Source: Candidatus Colwellbacteria bacterium CG10_big_fil_rev_8_21_14_0_10_41_28 (GTDB taxonomy: Bacteria; Patescibacteriota; Minisyncoccia; UBA6257; Colwellbacteraceae). Taken from it: 64,000 bases of DNA. How positions within the stretch are numbered: position 1 is the stretch's first letter; every line of letters begins with the position of its first letter. Location: NCBI GenBank assembly GCA_002773755.1, contig PFAG01000014.1, forward strand, positions 6,634-70,633. The letters run 5' to 3'. Both the position numbers and the translations under genes were made by a program. Below are positions 49,168 through 59,449 of the stretch, piece after piece. The notes beneath the pieces are model-generated. The model saw only the letters and a program-made list of their open reading frames with translations. It had not been told where the DNA came from and did not search any database.

Positions 49168-50280
49168 ATGGATAGAAAGGACTTAATTCAAATAGCAGTA
49201 ATAGTTGGTGTAGCCATACTAGTTACAGTAGGTGTGGTTTCGTTCGTAGCTCTTAGTCAAAAAGAATCAACACCAATCAATCCTATTAATATTGGCTCGC
49301 AATCGAAAGCTGACCTATACACCCCAGCGATAGATATATCTTCACCGGATGGATTCATTAATACTGATCCAATTAACATAAGTGATCTAGTAGCCGACAG
49401 CAAAGTTGTTCTACTCGATATATGGACATACTCCTGCATCAACTGCCAGAGAACTCTTCCATATCTTAATGCTTGGCATGAAGAATATGCTGATGACGGA
49501 TTGGTAATAATAGGTCTTCACACACCTGAATTTGAATTTGAAAAAGATATAGCGAATGTTAGAAGGGCTGTAGAAAAATATGGTATAGAATATCCAGTTG
49601 TCCTAGACAACGACTATTCAACATGGAATGCATATGGAAATAGATATTGGCCACGTAAATATCTAATCGATATAGATGGATACGTTGTATATGATCACAT
49701 AGGAGAAGGGGGTTACGAAGAAACAGAAAAGGCCATCCAAGCTGCTCTAGCAGAAAGAGCCAAGAGATTAGGAGAGGAACTGGATGAAATGAGTGGAGCT
49801 AAGGTAGAAAATGCAGAAACAGTTGATCCAAGAACAGTTAAGACTCCAGAAACATATATTGGATACTTAAGAGTAAGTAACATGGCTAATCTTCCATCAG
49901 AAGAGTGCTTTGATTCAAGCTGTCAGCTCGATGCTCCAGATAGACTATCTCTCAATGATTTTGCTCTGGATGGTGTTTGGAAAATAGGTTCGGAGGGAGC
50001 AACCCTAGAAAGCACTACGGGTTCAATATTTATTAAGTTCTCGGCCAATAAGGCAAATCTAGTACTAACATCAGAAACATCTGTTCTGGGCCAAATCTAT
50101 TTAGATGGAGAATTAGTGGGCGAAGCTAGTAGTGGTTCAGACGTAGTGTCTGGAACAATTAAGGTAATGGATAATGATCTATATAATCTCATAGACCTAA
50201 GAGGGGAGCCTGGAGAACATCTTCTTGAGATCAGATTTCTTGAACCTGGAGTCTCAGCCTTTGCCTTTACTTTCGGATAA
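49168..50280 (+). CDS. Membrane-anchored TlpA/DipZ-like redoxin
   Basis: WTYSCINC, HTPEF, YWP, TPETY, AFTFG. Confidence 0.9.
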   Translation: MDRKDLIQIAVIVGVAILVTVGVVSFVALSQKESTPINPINIGSQSKADLYTPAIDISSPDGFINTDPINISDLVADSKVVLLDIWTYSCINCQRTLPYLNAWHEEYADDGLVIIGLHTPEFEFEKDIANVRRAVEKYGIEYPVVLDNDYSTWNAYGNRYWPRKYLIDIDGYVVYDHIGEGGYEETEKAIQAALAERAKRLGEELDEMSGAKVENAETVDPRTVKTPETYIGYLRVSNMANLPSEECFDSSCQLDAPDRLSLNDFALDGVWKIGSEGATLESTTGSIFIKFSANKANLVLTSETSVLGQIYLDGELVGEASSGSDVVSGTIKVMDNDLYNLIDLRGEPGEHLLEIRFLEPGVSAFAFTFG

Positions 50281-50282
50281 AG

Positions 50283-51128
50283 CTAGTTTAGAGAAATAGG
50301 TTTTTTCCCTTCAACTTGTATCTCTTCTAATACGAGCTTGATACCGTCTTTCTTGGCATCTAATATTTTTGTTCTCTTGCCATCCATAAATGTATAAACT
50401 CCTGGCTCAGGATTTAGTGCCCTTATTTTCCTTAATATGCTTTCAGTCAACCTGTCATCTCCTATAAGAGCATTCTCTAAATCTTTCTCTTTAATAAAGG
50501 CATCATCTGTTTTAAAAAAACCAGAATACGTTGCTTCTGTGTGGTTTTGACTAACTGGATGCAAGGAACCATCTATATATTTAGGTATCTCTTCTAGACA
50601 AAGCTCTATGGCTACATCGATTATCTTATCCGTAAGTTTTTTTAAATTATCTTTGCCTATAAGCACCTTTTTGGAGGCAATAATTGGACCGTTATCCATC
50701 TTTTCGTCTAGAAGATAAAGGGTAACTCCAGTATGAGCTTTCCCATCCAGTATAGCTGTTCTAATAGGGGATGGGCCTCTCAGCTCAGGTAAGAGTGATG
50801 GGTGAATCCCAATAATACCCTTGGGGAAGATATCAATAACCTCTTTTGGGATTATCTTGTTATAGGCTAGAACTAATCCAAACTCATAATCTCCAAATTC
50901 TTCTTTCGCTAAGCTCGATAATTCTTTCTTATCTTTTGGTTGATAGACCTTTGTGTCAAACTTATTGTCGAGAATGAACTTCTTAGTAGACGGAGGAGCA
51001 ATAACTCTATCTCTACCAACTGGCCTATCTGGATTACAAACCAAAGCCCCAGGAACTATATCTTTTTCAACAAGTCCTCTTAAAACAGCACTGGCTATAT
51101 CGGGGGTTCCAAAGAATACGAATTTCAT
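50283..51128 (-). CDS. fmt: Methionyl-tRNA formyltransferase
   Basis: FFGTP, PDRPVGR, HPSLLP.LRGPSP, IRALNPEPG. Confidence 0.95.
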   Translation of the reverse strand: MKFVFFGTPDIASAVLRGLVEKDIVPGALVCNPDRPVGRDRVIAPPSTKKFILDNKFDTKVYQPKDKKELSSLAKEEFGDYEFGLVLAYNKIIPKEVIDIFPKGIIGIHPSLLPELRGPSPIRTAILDGKAHTGVTLYLLDEKMDNGPIIASKKVLIGKDNLKKLTDKIIDVAIELCLEEIPKYIDGSLHPVSQNHTEATYSGFFKTDDAFIKEKDLENALIGDDRLTESILRKIRALNPEPGVYTFMDGKRTKILDAKKDGIKLVLEEIQVEGKKPISLN

Positions 51129-51129
51129 T

Positions 51130-51615
51130 TTAAGAATTATGTAGTTCAGCTCCCTTAGCTAGTCTGTCTATAAACAGATGTCCATTGAGATGGTCAACCT
51201 CATGCTGAAAGATAACAGCCAGCATTCCCCAAGCCTTCACCTTAACTTGTTTTCCACTCTTATTTTGAGCAATCAAAGTTATTTTGGCTAATCTCTCTGT
51301 TAATCCAAAATTTCCAGGGATACTAAGACAACCTTCTGCTGTTTCTTCAACCTCATCGCTAGAAGATTTCTCTATCTTGGGATTAAAAAACACATAGAAC
51401 TTTCCCTCCCATTGGGCTACAAAAACACTAGCGTCTAACCCGACCTGGTTTGCGGCAAGGCCAATACCATCTGCATCATTCATCGTCTTTCTCATCTGTT
51501 TTATCAGATCATCTATCTCTTTCTTGGATAGACTATCAAAATCAAAAGGTTTAACCTTCTTTCTTAAAAACTTTTCTTCTTCTTTATTTTTTACCTTTAG
51601 AATCTTCTTCATCAC
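51130..51615 (-). CDS. def: Peptide deformylase
   Basis: GIGLAANQVG, EGCLS, QHEVDHLNG. Confidence 0.97.
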   Translation of the reverse strand: MMKKILKVKNKEEEKFLRKKVKPFDFDSLSKKEIDDLIKQMRKTMNDADGIGLAANQVGLDASVFVAQWEGKFYVFFNPKIEKSSSDEVEETAEGCLSIPGNFGLTERLAKITLIAQNKSGKQVKVKAWGMLAVIFQHEVDHLNGHLFIDRLAKGAELHNS

Positions 51616-51871
51616 TGTATAGAACCTTCATAAAGTATGCTCCTTTATTTTCTACATTCTCTCTTTCGGCTATCGATTTAGCTAGTCTAAGCAGTTTATC
51701 TTTTGAATACTCTTTGGCAAGTTTCATATATAAAGATTTATGAGAGTCGTCTTGGAGTATCTCGGCAAGCTCAAGGCCTACCAACTGATGCTCTGAATAA
51801 ACCTTAGAATCTTTAGAGCGTTTCTTAAGTTCTGCTATGTAATCTGGGACTGCATTCATATCAATTGCCAT
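51584..51871 (-). CDS. Hypothetical helical protein (start may be 51859)
   Basis: Intact ORF overlapping def start; TGATATAAT overlaps first ATG. Confidence 0.75.
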   Translation of the reverse strand: MAIDMNAVPDYIAELKKRSKDSKVYSEHQLVGLELAEILQDDSHKSLYMKLAKEYSKDKLLRLAKSIAERENVENKGAYFMKVLYSDEEDSKGKK

Positions 51872-51906
51872 TATATCAGATGACGTTTACAATTTAGCAG
51901 TAATAG

Positions 51907-53154
51907 ATGCTTGATAGAAAAGATCATAAGAATATCAAAAACGCTTTTTTTGTTTCAGCCATTATAGTTTCTCTAATCTTGAGTTGGAGTGGCTTCTACT
52001 TTCTCGGTTTAAATACTGGCCTGCAAGAGCCCAAGAATATAAGAATAAACAACGTCTCTGACACAAATCCAGAGGCCAATGTCGGCTCTGTTAGCTTTAA
52101 CACATTCTGGGAAGCTTGGGATAGATTAAAGAGTACCCATCCCGATGCAAATGAGATTGAAGATATAGATCTTCTATATGGAGCTATTAGCGGATTAGCT
52201 GGGACTTTTAATGATCCAAACACTGTCTATTTCAACCCAGGGGACTCGCAAAAGTTCAATGAGGATATAAATGGATCTTTTAGTGGAATAGGCGCTGAAA
52301 TTGGAATGAGAGACGATGTGCTGACGGTTATAGCCCCTCTTAAAAATAGTCCCGCAGAGAGAGCAGGCCTTAGGGCAGGAGATGTAATCGCTGAAATAGA
52401 TGAAAAGGATACATCAGATATGACTGTAGACGATGCGGTTAAATACATCAGGGGTCCATTCGGCACAAAAGTTGTTTTGAAGATATTCAGAGAAGGAGAA
52501 CCTGATCCAATTGATATAACAATCACCAGGGATACTATAAATATCCCAACCATAGAAACTCAAATTCTTGAAGGAGACATTCTTTATATACAACTATATA
52601 ACTTCACAAGTTCATCTCCGCAGCTATTCAGACAGGCACTTCTCGCAAACTCTCTAACTAATTCAAAGGGTTTGATATTAGACTTCAGGAACAATCCAGG
52701 AGGATTTCTTTCAGCAGCCGTTAATATATCCGGTTGGTTTATAGAAAAAGGAGAAACCGTTGTTTCAGAGAAGTTCGGCTCAGGAAGCGAAAGGATCTTA
52801 ACCTCATATGGGAATGCTGCGCTTAAAGAGTTTCCTGTCGTTGTTTTAGTTAACGAAGGATCTGCTTCTGCATCAGAAATTGTTGCGGGAGCTCTTCAGA
52901 CACAAAATGGCACTAAACTAATTGGTCAAACCACCTTTGGAAAAGGAACTGTTCAAGAGCTTCAGGACTTGAGTGATGGCTCTACGCTCAAAATAACCGT
53001 TGCCAACTGGCTTCTTCCAGATGGAACCCTAATTGAGAAGAATGGTATCAAGCCCGACTATGAAGTTGAAATAACAGAAGAAGACTTTTTGGATGGAAAA
53101 GATCCTCAGCTAGAAAAAGCGATAGAGGTATTAAGAGAAGAGATAAACAAATGA
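51907..53154 (+). CDS. ctpA: C-terminal processing protease (S41)
   Basis: GIGAEI PDZ, DFRNNPGG, SASASEIVAGAL, TFGKG. Confidence 0.93.
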   Translation: MLDRKDHKNIKNAFFVSAIIVSLILSWSGFYFLGLNTGLQEPKNIRINNVSDTNPEANVGSVSFNTFWEAWDRLKSTHPDANEIEDIDLLYGAISGLAGTFNDPNTVYFNPGDSQKFNEDINGSFSGIGAEIGMRDDVLTVIAPLKNSPAERAGLRAGDVIAEIDEKDTSDMTVDDAVKYIRGPFGTKVVLKIFREGEPDPIDITITRDTINIPTIETQILEGDILYIQLYNFTSSSPQLFRQALLANSLTNSKGLILDFRNNPGGFLSAAVNISGWFIEKGETVVSEKFGSGSERILTSYGNAALKEFPVVVLVNEGSASASEIVAGALQTQNGTKLIGQTTFGKGTVQELQDLSDGSTLKITVANWLLPDGTLIEKNGIKPDYEVEITEEDFLDGKDPQLEKAIEVLREEINK

Positions 53155-53603
53155 AAGTAGTCTTACTCGAAAATATAAAACACCTAGGTCAGAAGAATGA
53201 GATTAAAGATGTCTCCATCGGTTATGCTAGAAACTTCTTAATCAAAAGGGGACTAGCCAAACCAGCTGACAAATCTGCAATCAATGAAGTTGAGGAAATC
53301 AATAAGACTTCGTCTGAACAAAAAGAAGTTGTAAAAGGAGCCCTGAAAACTCTCCAAGATGAGACCAAAGAAAATCCAATAAAGATTTCTGTTAAGGCTG
53401 GTAAAAGGGGAGAGGTCTTTGGCTCAGTCAAAGATGTGGATATATTGAATACCATATACAAAAAATTCCCAAAGATAAAAGCTGAAAAGATTAAAGTAGA
53501 TATGAATAAACCCCTAAAAGAGCTAGGGGTTCATGAAATTCAACTTATGAGTGGGGGGAAGACCCTATCAACCGTTAAGATTGAAATAGTCCCCGAGGCT
53601 TAA
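53151..53603 (+). CDS. rplI: 50S ribosomal protein bL9
   Basis: [21 protein letters not shown]. Confidence 0.96.
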   Translation: MKVVLLENIKHLGQKNEIKDVSIGYARNFLIKRGLAKPADKSAINEVEEINKTSSEQKEVVKGALKTLQDETKENPIKISVKAGKRGEVFGSVKDVDILNTIYKKFPKIKAEKIKVDMNKPLKELGVHEIQLMSGGKTLSTVKIEIVPEA

Positions 53604-53878
53604 GCAGCTAGCACCTCTACCATCTTGGCGGTACGTTTCTTACCGTCAAACTTAGTCTTGGTCTTATTTTTAAAATTAACCACGCCATCAACAGCGGCGT
53701 ATAAAGTGTCATCGCTACCCTTATTAACATTCTGACCTGGTAGGTACTTTGTTCCTCTTTGTCTAACGATGATTTCACCAGCACCAACTTTTTGACCATC
53801 AAAAAGTTTAACGCCTAAACGTTTTGAAGCTGATTCTCTTAAGTTTTTTGCTGATCCTCCTGCCTTTGTATGTGCCAT
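53600..53878 (-). CDS. rpmA: 50S ribosomal protein bL27
   Basis: [30 protein letters not shown]. Confidence 0.98.
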   Translation of the reverse strand: MAHTKAGGSAKNLRESASKRLGVKLFDGQKVGAGEIIVRQRGTKYLPGQNVNKGSDDTLYAAVDGVVNFKNKTKTKFDGKKRTAKMVEVLAA

Positions 53879-53944
53879 AATTCAATACTTCTTATCGGGA
53901 AAAGTATGTATTAAAATATACTTAATGTCAATTTAGATCTACAG

Positions 53945-54073
53945 ATGAAACCCAAACTAAAAATAGCCATATTTATAGTGCTCACAACTCTTTTATCCTT
54001 TGCTATTGGATATATCTTGGGCAACGAAGATAGTAGGGCGCCTATTCTAATAGATGTAGAAAAAACAGAATAA
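53945..54073 (+). CDS. 42-aa single-TM protein MKPKLKIAIFIVLTTLLSFAIGYILGNEDSRAPILIDVEKTE (not in ORF track)
   Basis: ATG..TAA, basic N-terminus then TM helix; fills the gap. Confidence 0.6.
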   Translation: MKPKLKIAIFIVLTTLLSFAIGYILGNEDSRAPILIDVEKTE

Positions 54074-54112
54074 AACCCTTATCATATTCACGGCACATCA
54101 AGAGGAGGAACT

Positions 54113-54487
54113 TTGCAGAGAGAACTAAAGATCCAATACGACAAGAGTCGGGAAATCCTCTCTTACGAGGTTTTCAATTCAAAAAATGGAAGGATCGTCC
54201 GCAAAGAGTCGATCCCAGCCAAACCTCGACAGGCTCTTCGTTTCATCTCGGGACTTCTCTCCAGTGGAGTGATGAACGTAGATGAGAAGATTTCCTTTTA
54301 CGAGAGGGTCATCAGCCTTTCTCGTGGAGAGAAAATCGACGAAGGGGCCAGGGGAGATGTGGAATACTTCTTTCTTGGAGCCCTAACAAGGATCTCTGAG
54401 TCTGGAGGAGTCTTCTCAAACTGCGACATGTCGATGGCTTTGACCTTGAGGAATAAGCTTGAAGCATTGACCACACCTGCTCGGTAA
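54113..54487 (+). CDS. 124-aa orphan protein
   Basis: SD GAGGAGG 54102-54108, TTG start; hairpin GCTCGGTAA/TTACCGAGC 54479-54520 at end. Confidence 0.6.
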   Translation: MQRELKIQYDKSREILSYEVFNSKNGRIVRKESIPAKPRQALRFISGLLSSGVMNVDEKISFYERVISLSRGEKIDEGARGDVEYFFLGALTRISESGGVFSNCDMSMALTLRNKLEALTTPAR

Positions 54488-54561
54488 TCGGTATCACCAA
54501 TTTGGTATCCCTTACCGAGCAGGGCTACCAATTAGTAGGAAGCGTTATAATATTTCTATAT

Positions 54562-55728
54562 ATGAAAAAAGTTGTTTTTCTTACTCTATCTACACTAGTT
54601 CTGACCAGTTTTTTTATACCAATAATTGTTGCTCAAGAGAGTAGGGCTGAAATAAATTTCTTCTACAGTGAAACCTGCCCACACTGTCACGAAGAGAGTA
54701 AATTCCTAGATACTCTAGAAGAAGATTATGGTGATCAGATACAGGTAAATAGATATACGGTAAGTGATCCGATAAGAGATTCTGGAAATCTTGCTCTGGT
54801 TAGAAATTTTGCAGAGGAAGCCGGAATAGGGGAGAGTGTTGGATTAGTTCCAATAACCTTCATTAGCGATGATGCATATGTGGGATATACAGATAAGGCT
54901 GTGCCACCAGGAATCTATCCTGCTATAGCAACACCCGAATCAATCATGGCCTCTATAGAGGAGATTGTTGGCCCACTTGAAAGGAAAGAGGGGAAATCCG
55001 GATTATTCGCCAATATAGATTATGAAAATTATTCTCTCCCAGTCCTAGCCGCCCTAATGGGATTCCTGGATGGTTTTAATGTCTGTTCATTGGGAGCTCT
55101 CATAATCATCCTTGGATTAGTTCTCCAGCTCCAATCAAGACGTAAGATTATGCTTTATGGTGGAATATTCATATTTACCACAGCTCTTATATATGGGTTT
55201 CTTATAAATCTTTGGTATCAATTTTTCACAGTTGCAGAAGGTTATCTTGGAATATTAAGACCACTTATAGGTATCCTTGGTGTTGTTGGAGGAGCATATT
55301 TTATAAAAGAGTTCTTCCGTCTAAGAAATGTCGGCCTGGTTTGTAAAACAACTGGAGCCTCTTTCATAGACAAGATGACAAAGAGAACTGAGAAGATATT
55401 TAACAACCCACACAATATTTTATATATAGCAGGAGGGGTGCTGTTGTTTGCAGCCATTATTACATTAGTTGAGTTTCCATGCTCGGCCGCAGTTCCAGTC
55501 GCTTTTGCTGGACTACTTGCAGAACAGGGGATTGGAAATGCCGCTAGTCTTGGATTAATGGCAATTTTCATCTTTTTCTATCTCTTAGATGAAATAATTG
55601 TCTTTGCCCTAGCTGTCTGGAAAATGAGAATAGTCTCAAGTTCACCAGAGCTCACAACTTGGGCAACTCTTTTAGAAGGACTATTCCTTTTGGCTCTAGG
55701 CATTTATTACATCTCTTCAATCTTATAA
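54562..55728 (+). CDS. Thioredoxin-domain multi-TM redox protein (DsbD/CcdA-like membrane Cys)
   Basis: Signal peptide, CPHC, DGFNVC, VEFPC in TM region. Confidence 0.8.
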   Translation: MKKVVFLTLSTLVLTSFFIPIIVAQESRAEINFFYSETCPHCHEESKFLDTLEEDYGDQIQVNRYTVSDPIRDSGNLALVRNFAEEAGIGESVGLVPITFISDDAYVGYTDKAVPPGIYPAIATPESIMASIEEIVGPLERKEGKSGLFANIDYENYSLPVLAALMGFLDGFNVCSLGALIIILGLVLQLQSRRKIMLYGGIFIFTTALIYGFLINLWYQFFTVAEGYLGILRPLIGILGVVGGAYFIKEFFRLRNVGLVCKTTGASFIDKMTKRTEKIFNNPHNILYIAGGVLLFAAIITLVEFPCSAAVPVAFAGLLAEQGIGNAASLGLMAIFIFFYLLDEIIVFALAVWKMRIVSSSPELTTWATLLEGLFLLALGIYYISSIL

Positions 55729-55875
55729 ATCCGCTGTGCAAAGAATGTGAACCGCACTAAGAGAAAGAGAAAAAAGCTTTTATAGAGGCCCTTCGGCCAT
55801 AACAGGACCCCCCCACAGACAACTTGAGAAGAGACCTGTGCTGGGTCCTTCTCATATATGGAATATGCAAAAAGC

Positions 55876-57120
55876 TTATTCGTACCTTAGGGCCTCTATA
55901 GGATCTTTCTCAGCAGCTTTTTTGGCTGGATAGAGTCCGAAAACTAATCCTACAAGACTGGTTACACCAAGACCCAAGAATACGGCTGAGATAGGGAAGG
56001 TAAAAGTCCAAGCCGGAGCAACGGTTTGAGCGAGCACAAGCGATATTAAAAAGGCTAAAGTACCTCCAAGGATTATCCCAATCACACCACCTATGCTAGT
56101 AAGAAGCACAGCCTCGAATAGGAATTGATTCATAATATTTTTCTTTGTAGCCCCAACTGCTTTTCTCAAACCAATTTCTCTAGTTCTTTCAGTTATTGAG
56201 ACAAGCATGATATTCATGACCCCAACTCCACCCACAACCAAAGCAATAGCAACAACGGAAGAGAGGAATGCTGTAAGGCTTCCAATGATAATCTGTATCT
56301 GATCGGCTAAACCCTGCTGACTGACAGCAAAAAAGTCATCTTTATCTGGATCAGTTATCCCATGAGCTTCCCTCAAGGTTCTCGTAACATCTTCTATTAC
56401 ATATTCAACCATATCAGCACTTTTTGCAGTTAGAATAATCTCATGGTAATAATCTATCCCTAAGATATAAGTCATAGCAGTGGTGTGGGGGACTATAACC
56501 AAATCATCTATATCAAAAAAGGCGACTTGTCCTCTTGGCGCAAGAGAGCCAACAACCTTAAAACTCTGGTTTTTGATTCTAATACTTTCTCCAATAGGAC
56601 TCTTATCTCCAAAAAGCTCTTCCTTAACCTTGCTCCCGATAACAGCAACATTTGCCTTTTGCCTTGTATCGCTCTCATCAAAAAGAACTCCTTCCTCTGG
56701 ATATGCATCGAATGAATCGATGAAGAAATCTGCTGCACCTCCGATGACCATAGGTCTGTATGTATCACCTCCATAAGAAACACTTCCGGGAACGATGACA
56801 AAAGGGGACACCTCAATAACATCTGGAACATTACTCTTTTTTCTTAGTAGATCTACATCTCTATCTTTCAAAGAATCTCCCAAAAGAGTTTCGGCCACAT
56901 CGGTTGGCCCAGTAGGCTCTTGGCCAGGTCTTACCACAACAGTCTCTGCACCAAGTCCTCCAATTTCGCCCAAAATTAGGTTCTCAGCACCCTTTCCTAT
57001 CGACATCATCATTATTATCGAAGCAATGCCAATGAGCACTCCTAGGACGGTTAAGAAAGATCTCGATTTATTAACCCACAAAGCCCTATACGAAGTTCTT
57101 GCTATGTGTTTAATAGACAT
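55876..57120 (-). CDS. MacB-like ABC permease
   Basis: RSFLTVLGVLIG, GVMNIMLVSITERTREIGLRKAVGA, DPIEALRYE. Confidence 0.95.
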   Translation of the reverse strand: MSIKHIARTSYRALWVNKSRSFLTVLGVLIGIASIIMMMSIGKGAENLILGEIGGLGAETVVVRPGQEPTGPTDVAETLLGDSLKDRDVDLLRKKSNVPDVIEVSPFVIVPGSVSYGGDTYRPMVIGGAADFFIDSFDAYPEEGVLFDESDTRQKANVAVIGSKVKEELFGDKSPIGESIRIKNQSFKVVGSLAPRGQVAFFDIDDLVIVPHTTAMTYILGIDYYHEIILTAKSADMVEYVIEDVTRTLREAHGITDPDKDDFFAVSQQGLADQIQIIIGSLTAFLSSVVAIALVVGGVGVMNIMLVSITERTREIGLRKAVGATKKNIMNQFLFEAVLLTSIGGVIGIILGGTLAFLISLVLAQTVAPAWTFTFPISAVFLGLGVTSLVGLVFGLYPAKKAAEKDPIEALRYE

Positions 57121-57810
57121 CTATTTACTAATCTTCTTATCTTCTTCAATTAAACCATCTCGAAGTTTGATCATTCTTCTTGAATAAGCCGCTATTTCTT
57201 CTTCGTGGGTTACTATAACAATCGTCTTACCCTCTTTGTTTAGATCAGTGATGATGCTCATAAGATCTATACCTGCCTTTGTATCCAAATTACCAGTTGG
57301 CTCATCTGCAAAAATAACGTCTGGATCATTAACCAAAGCTCTCGCTATAGCCACCCTCTGTCTTTCTCCTCCAGAAAGTTGACCAGTCTCATGTTCCAAG
57401 CGATGCTCGAGATTAACTGCCTTGATGGCTTTAACAGCCATATCACTCCATTCAGACTCCTTAACATCTGAATATATGAGAGGAAGCTGAACATTCTCCA
57501 AGACGGTCGTCCTTGGAAGAAGATTGAAGGTCTGAAAAACGAATCCAAGACTCTCGTTTCTTAAGTTAGCTAGCTGAGTTTCATCGTATTCATCGATAGT
57601 TTTTCCATCAAACTCATAAGTTCCTTCTGTCTGCCTATCAAGCATACCCAAGATGTGAAGTAGGGTAGACTTCCCAGACCCGGAGGGACCCATGATAGAT
57701 ACGAACTCTCCTTTTTCTATCTCCAAAGAAGCATCTTTTAAGGCAACGGTCTCTACCTCGCCACTGCCGTACACTCTCTTTAGATTAGTCGCTTTGATCA
57801 GTTTAGACAC
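57121..57810 (-). CDS. MacB/LolD-like ABC ATP-binding protein
   Basis: GPSGSGKST, LSGGERQRVAIARAL, ADEPTGNLD. Confidence 0.96.
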   Translation of the reverse strand: MSKLIKATNLKRVYGSGEVETVALKDASLEIEKGEFVSIMGPSGSGKSTLLHILGMLDRQTEGTYEFDGKTIDEYDETQLANLRNESLGFVFQTFNLLPRTTVLENVQLPLIYSDVKESEWSDMAVKAIKAVNLEHRLEHETGQLSGGERQRVAIARALVNDPDVIFADEPTGNLDTKAGIDLMSIITDLNKEGKTIVIVTHEEEIAAYSRRMIKLRDGLIEEDKKISK

Positions 57811-57821
57811 AGAGATATAGA

Positions 57822-59369
57822 TTAATTTCTAGAGAAGATAACAATTGTCTCTCCCTCAGAAAGACCCGATTTAATCTCAACATCTCCACTAACCCCCTCG
57901 ATTCCAACTTCGACCTCAACCTCTTCAATATTCTCTCCAACAATCTTCCTAACTATCATTTTCCCATCCTTTTCTATAACAGATCTAGTTGGAACTATTA
58001 ACACATCCTCTGCGCTATCGATTATTATATCCACATTAGCTGTCATACCAGACTTGATTCGATCATCCGGATCAACGAACCCTAAAAGGGTTTTATATGT
58101 TGAAACTCCTTCAATGAGGGTTTCTGCTGGATCAATAAATATTACCGTTGCCTCAAAGATATCCTCGCTGGTATATGCGTCTAGGGTAACTTCAGCAACA
58201 TTATCCAGGCCAATCATAGATATGTCAGCTTCGGTAACAAAAGTTTCAATCTCAAAATCAGACACCGACATCATAGAGAGTAGGGGAGTATTAGAGCTAA
58301 CCGTTTCTCCAACCTTAGGATCTATCTTAGTTACAATTCCACTAAATGGTGCTCTTATTCTAGTCTTCTCGATCTCAGCTAATATTGCATTAACCCTAGC
58401 TTGAGCACTATTAACCCTCTGCTGTTGGAGAAGTACGTCCTGATAGTCATTTCCCTGAGAAAGACTTTCTGTTTCTGCTTGACGATATGTTCTCTCAACA
58501 GATCTTAGACTATTTAGAGAAGTGGTTAAGCTATTCCTAGCAGTTGATACACTAGACTTAATTGAAGTTAGGAGGTGCTGTTCATTATATTCAGAAAGAA
58601 CAGTATCAATCGAAACTAATAGATTGATCGATTGGTTAAGAGCCGTCTTTGCTTCAGATATCACTTGGTCCAAGTTGTCTTGATCTATTCCAGAAGAGAT
58701 ATAGCTATCTAAACTGTCTATAGACTCCCTTAGGTCTATGAACATCCACTTGAGATCAAGTCTAGTTTCTATATCAACCGTTATGTTATATGACTGACCA
58801 CCAGAAATAACTGCATGCCTGAAAGTGGGATACTTACTGTCCAGATCATCAAAGAATTGATCGATAGTCGAGCTAACCTCGCTATCTACAGAGGTATATA
58901 CCTCCTCAATTTCATCAATTAAGTCATTAAGAGAATTTTCCAGATCAGCCTCACTAGTAGATGGAGCTTCTAAAAGTTTAAGCTTTTCAATCTCTAGGTT
59001 TGCTAAGGCCTCATTATAGTCCGCAGAGAGATCTCCATTACTAAGAGATAATAGAGTCTCACCTCTACCAACCTCTTCCCCAACAGATACGTAAATATTA
59101 TTAACTCTTCCTCCACGCTCAACTGAAAGATCAACTTGCTCAGTTGGTTTAATTTTTCCTGTCACATCAACCAGGCTAACCACGTCGCCGCGCTCAACAT
59201 AACCAGTTGTATATCCCATTAAGGGATTCTTACTGAAGTAGTTGAAGGCCACTATCCCCAAAATTGCGACACCAACTAAAGTTAAGACACCCTTTGATGT
59301 CTTAAAGAAATTAATCTTCTTTGCACTTGAATTGATAAGCTTCTTCAGCCCCTTAGAACTAAGCTTCAT
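57822..59369 (-). CDS. MacA-like efflux adaptor with long coiled coil
   Basis: TM, lipoyl halves (IRAPFSGIV), GMTANV. Confidence 0.9.
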   Translation of the reverse strand: MKLSSKGLKKLINSSAKKINFFKTSKGVLTLVGVAILGIVAFNYFSKNPLMGYTTGYVERGDVVSLVDVTGKIKPTEQVDLSVERGGRVNNIYVSVGEEVGRGETLLSLSNGDLSADYNEALANLEIEKLKLLEAPSTSEADLENSLNDLIDEIEEVYTSVDSEVSSTIDQFFDDLDSKYPTFRHAVISGGQSYNITVDIETRLDLKWMFIDLRESIDSLDSYISSGIDQDNLDQVISEAKTALNQSINLLVSIDTVLSEYNEQHLLTSIKSSVSTARNSLTTSLNSLRSVERTYRQAETESLSQGNDYQDVLLQQQRVNSAQARVNAILAEIEKTRIRAPFSGIVTKIDPKVGETVSSNTPLLSMMSVSDFEIETFVTEADISMIGLDNVAEVTLDAYTSEDIFEATVIFIDPAETLIEGVSTYKTLLGFVDPDDRIKSGMTANVDIIIDSAEDVLIVPTRSVIEKDGKMIVRKIVGENIEEVEVEVGIEGVSGDVEIKSGLSEGETIVIFSRN

Positions 59370-59416
59370 ATAACCTAATATTACTCTAATTGCCCGATTT
59401 TTCTAGACCATATATC

Positions 59417-59441
59417 AAAAGATCCTCTTAGTAAGAGGATC
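59417..59441 (-). terminator. terminator of tRNA-Glu/ncRNA transcript
   Basis: GATCCTCTT/AAGAGGATC plus TTTT on minus strand. Confidence 0.75.
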
Positions 59442-59449
59442 AAAATCCT

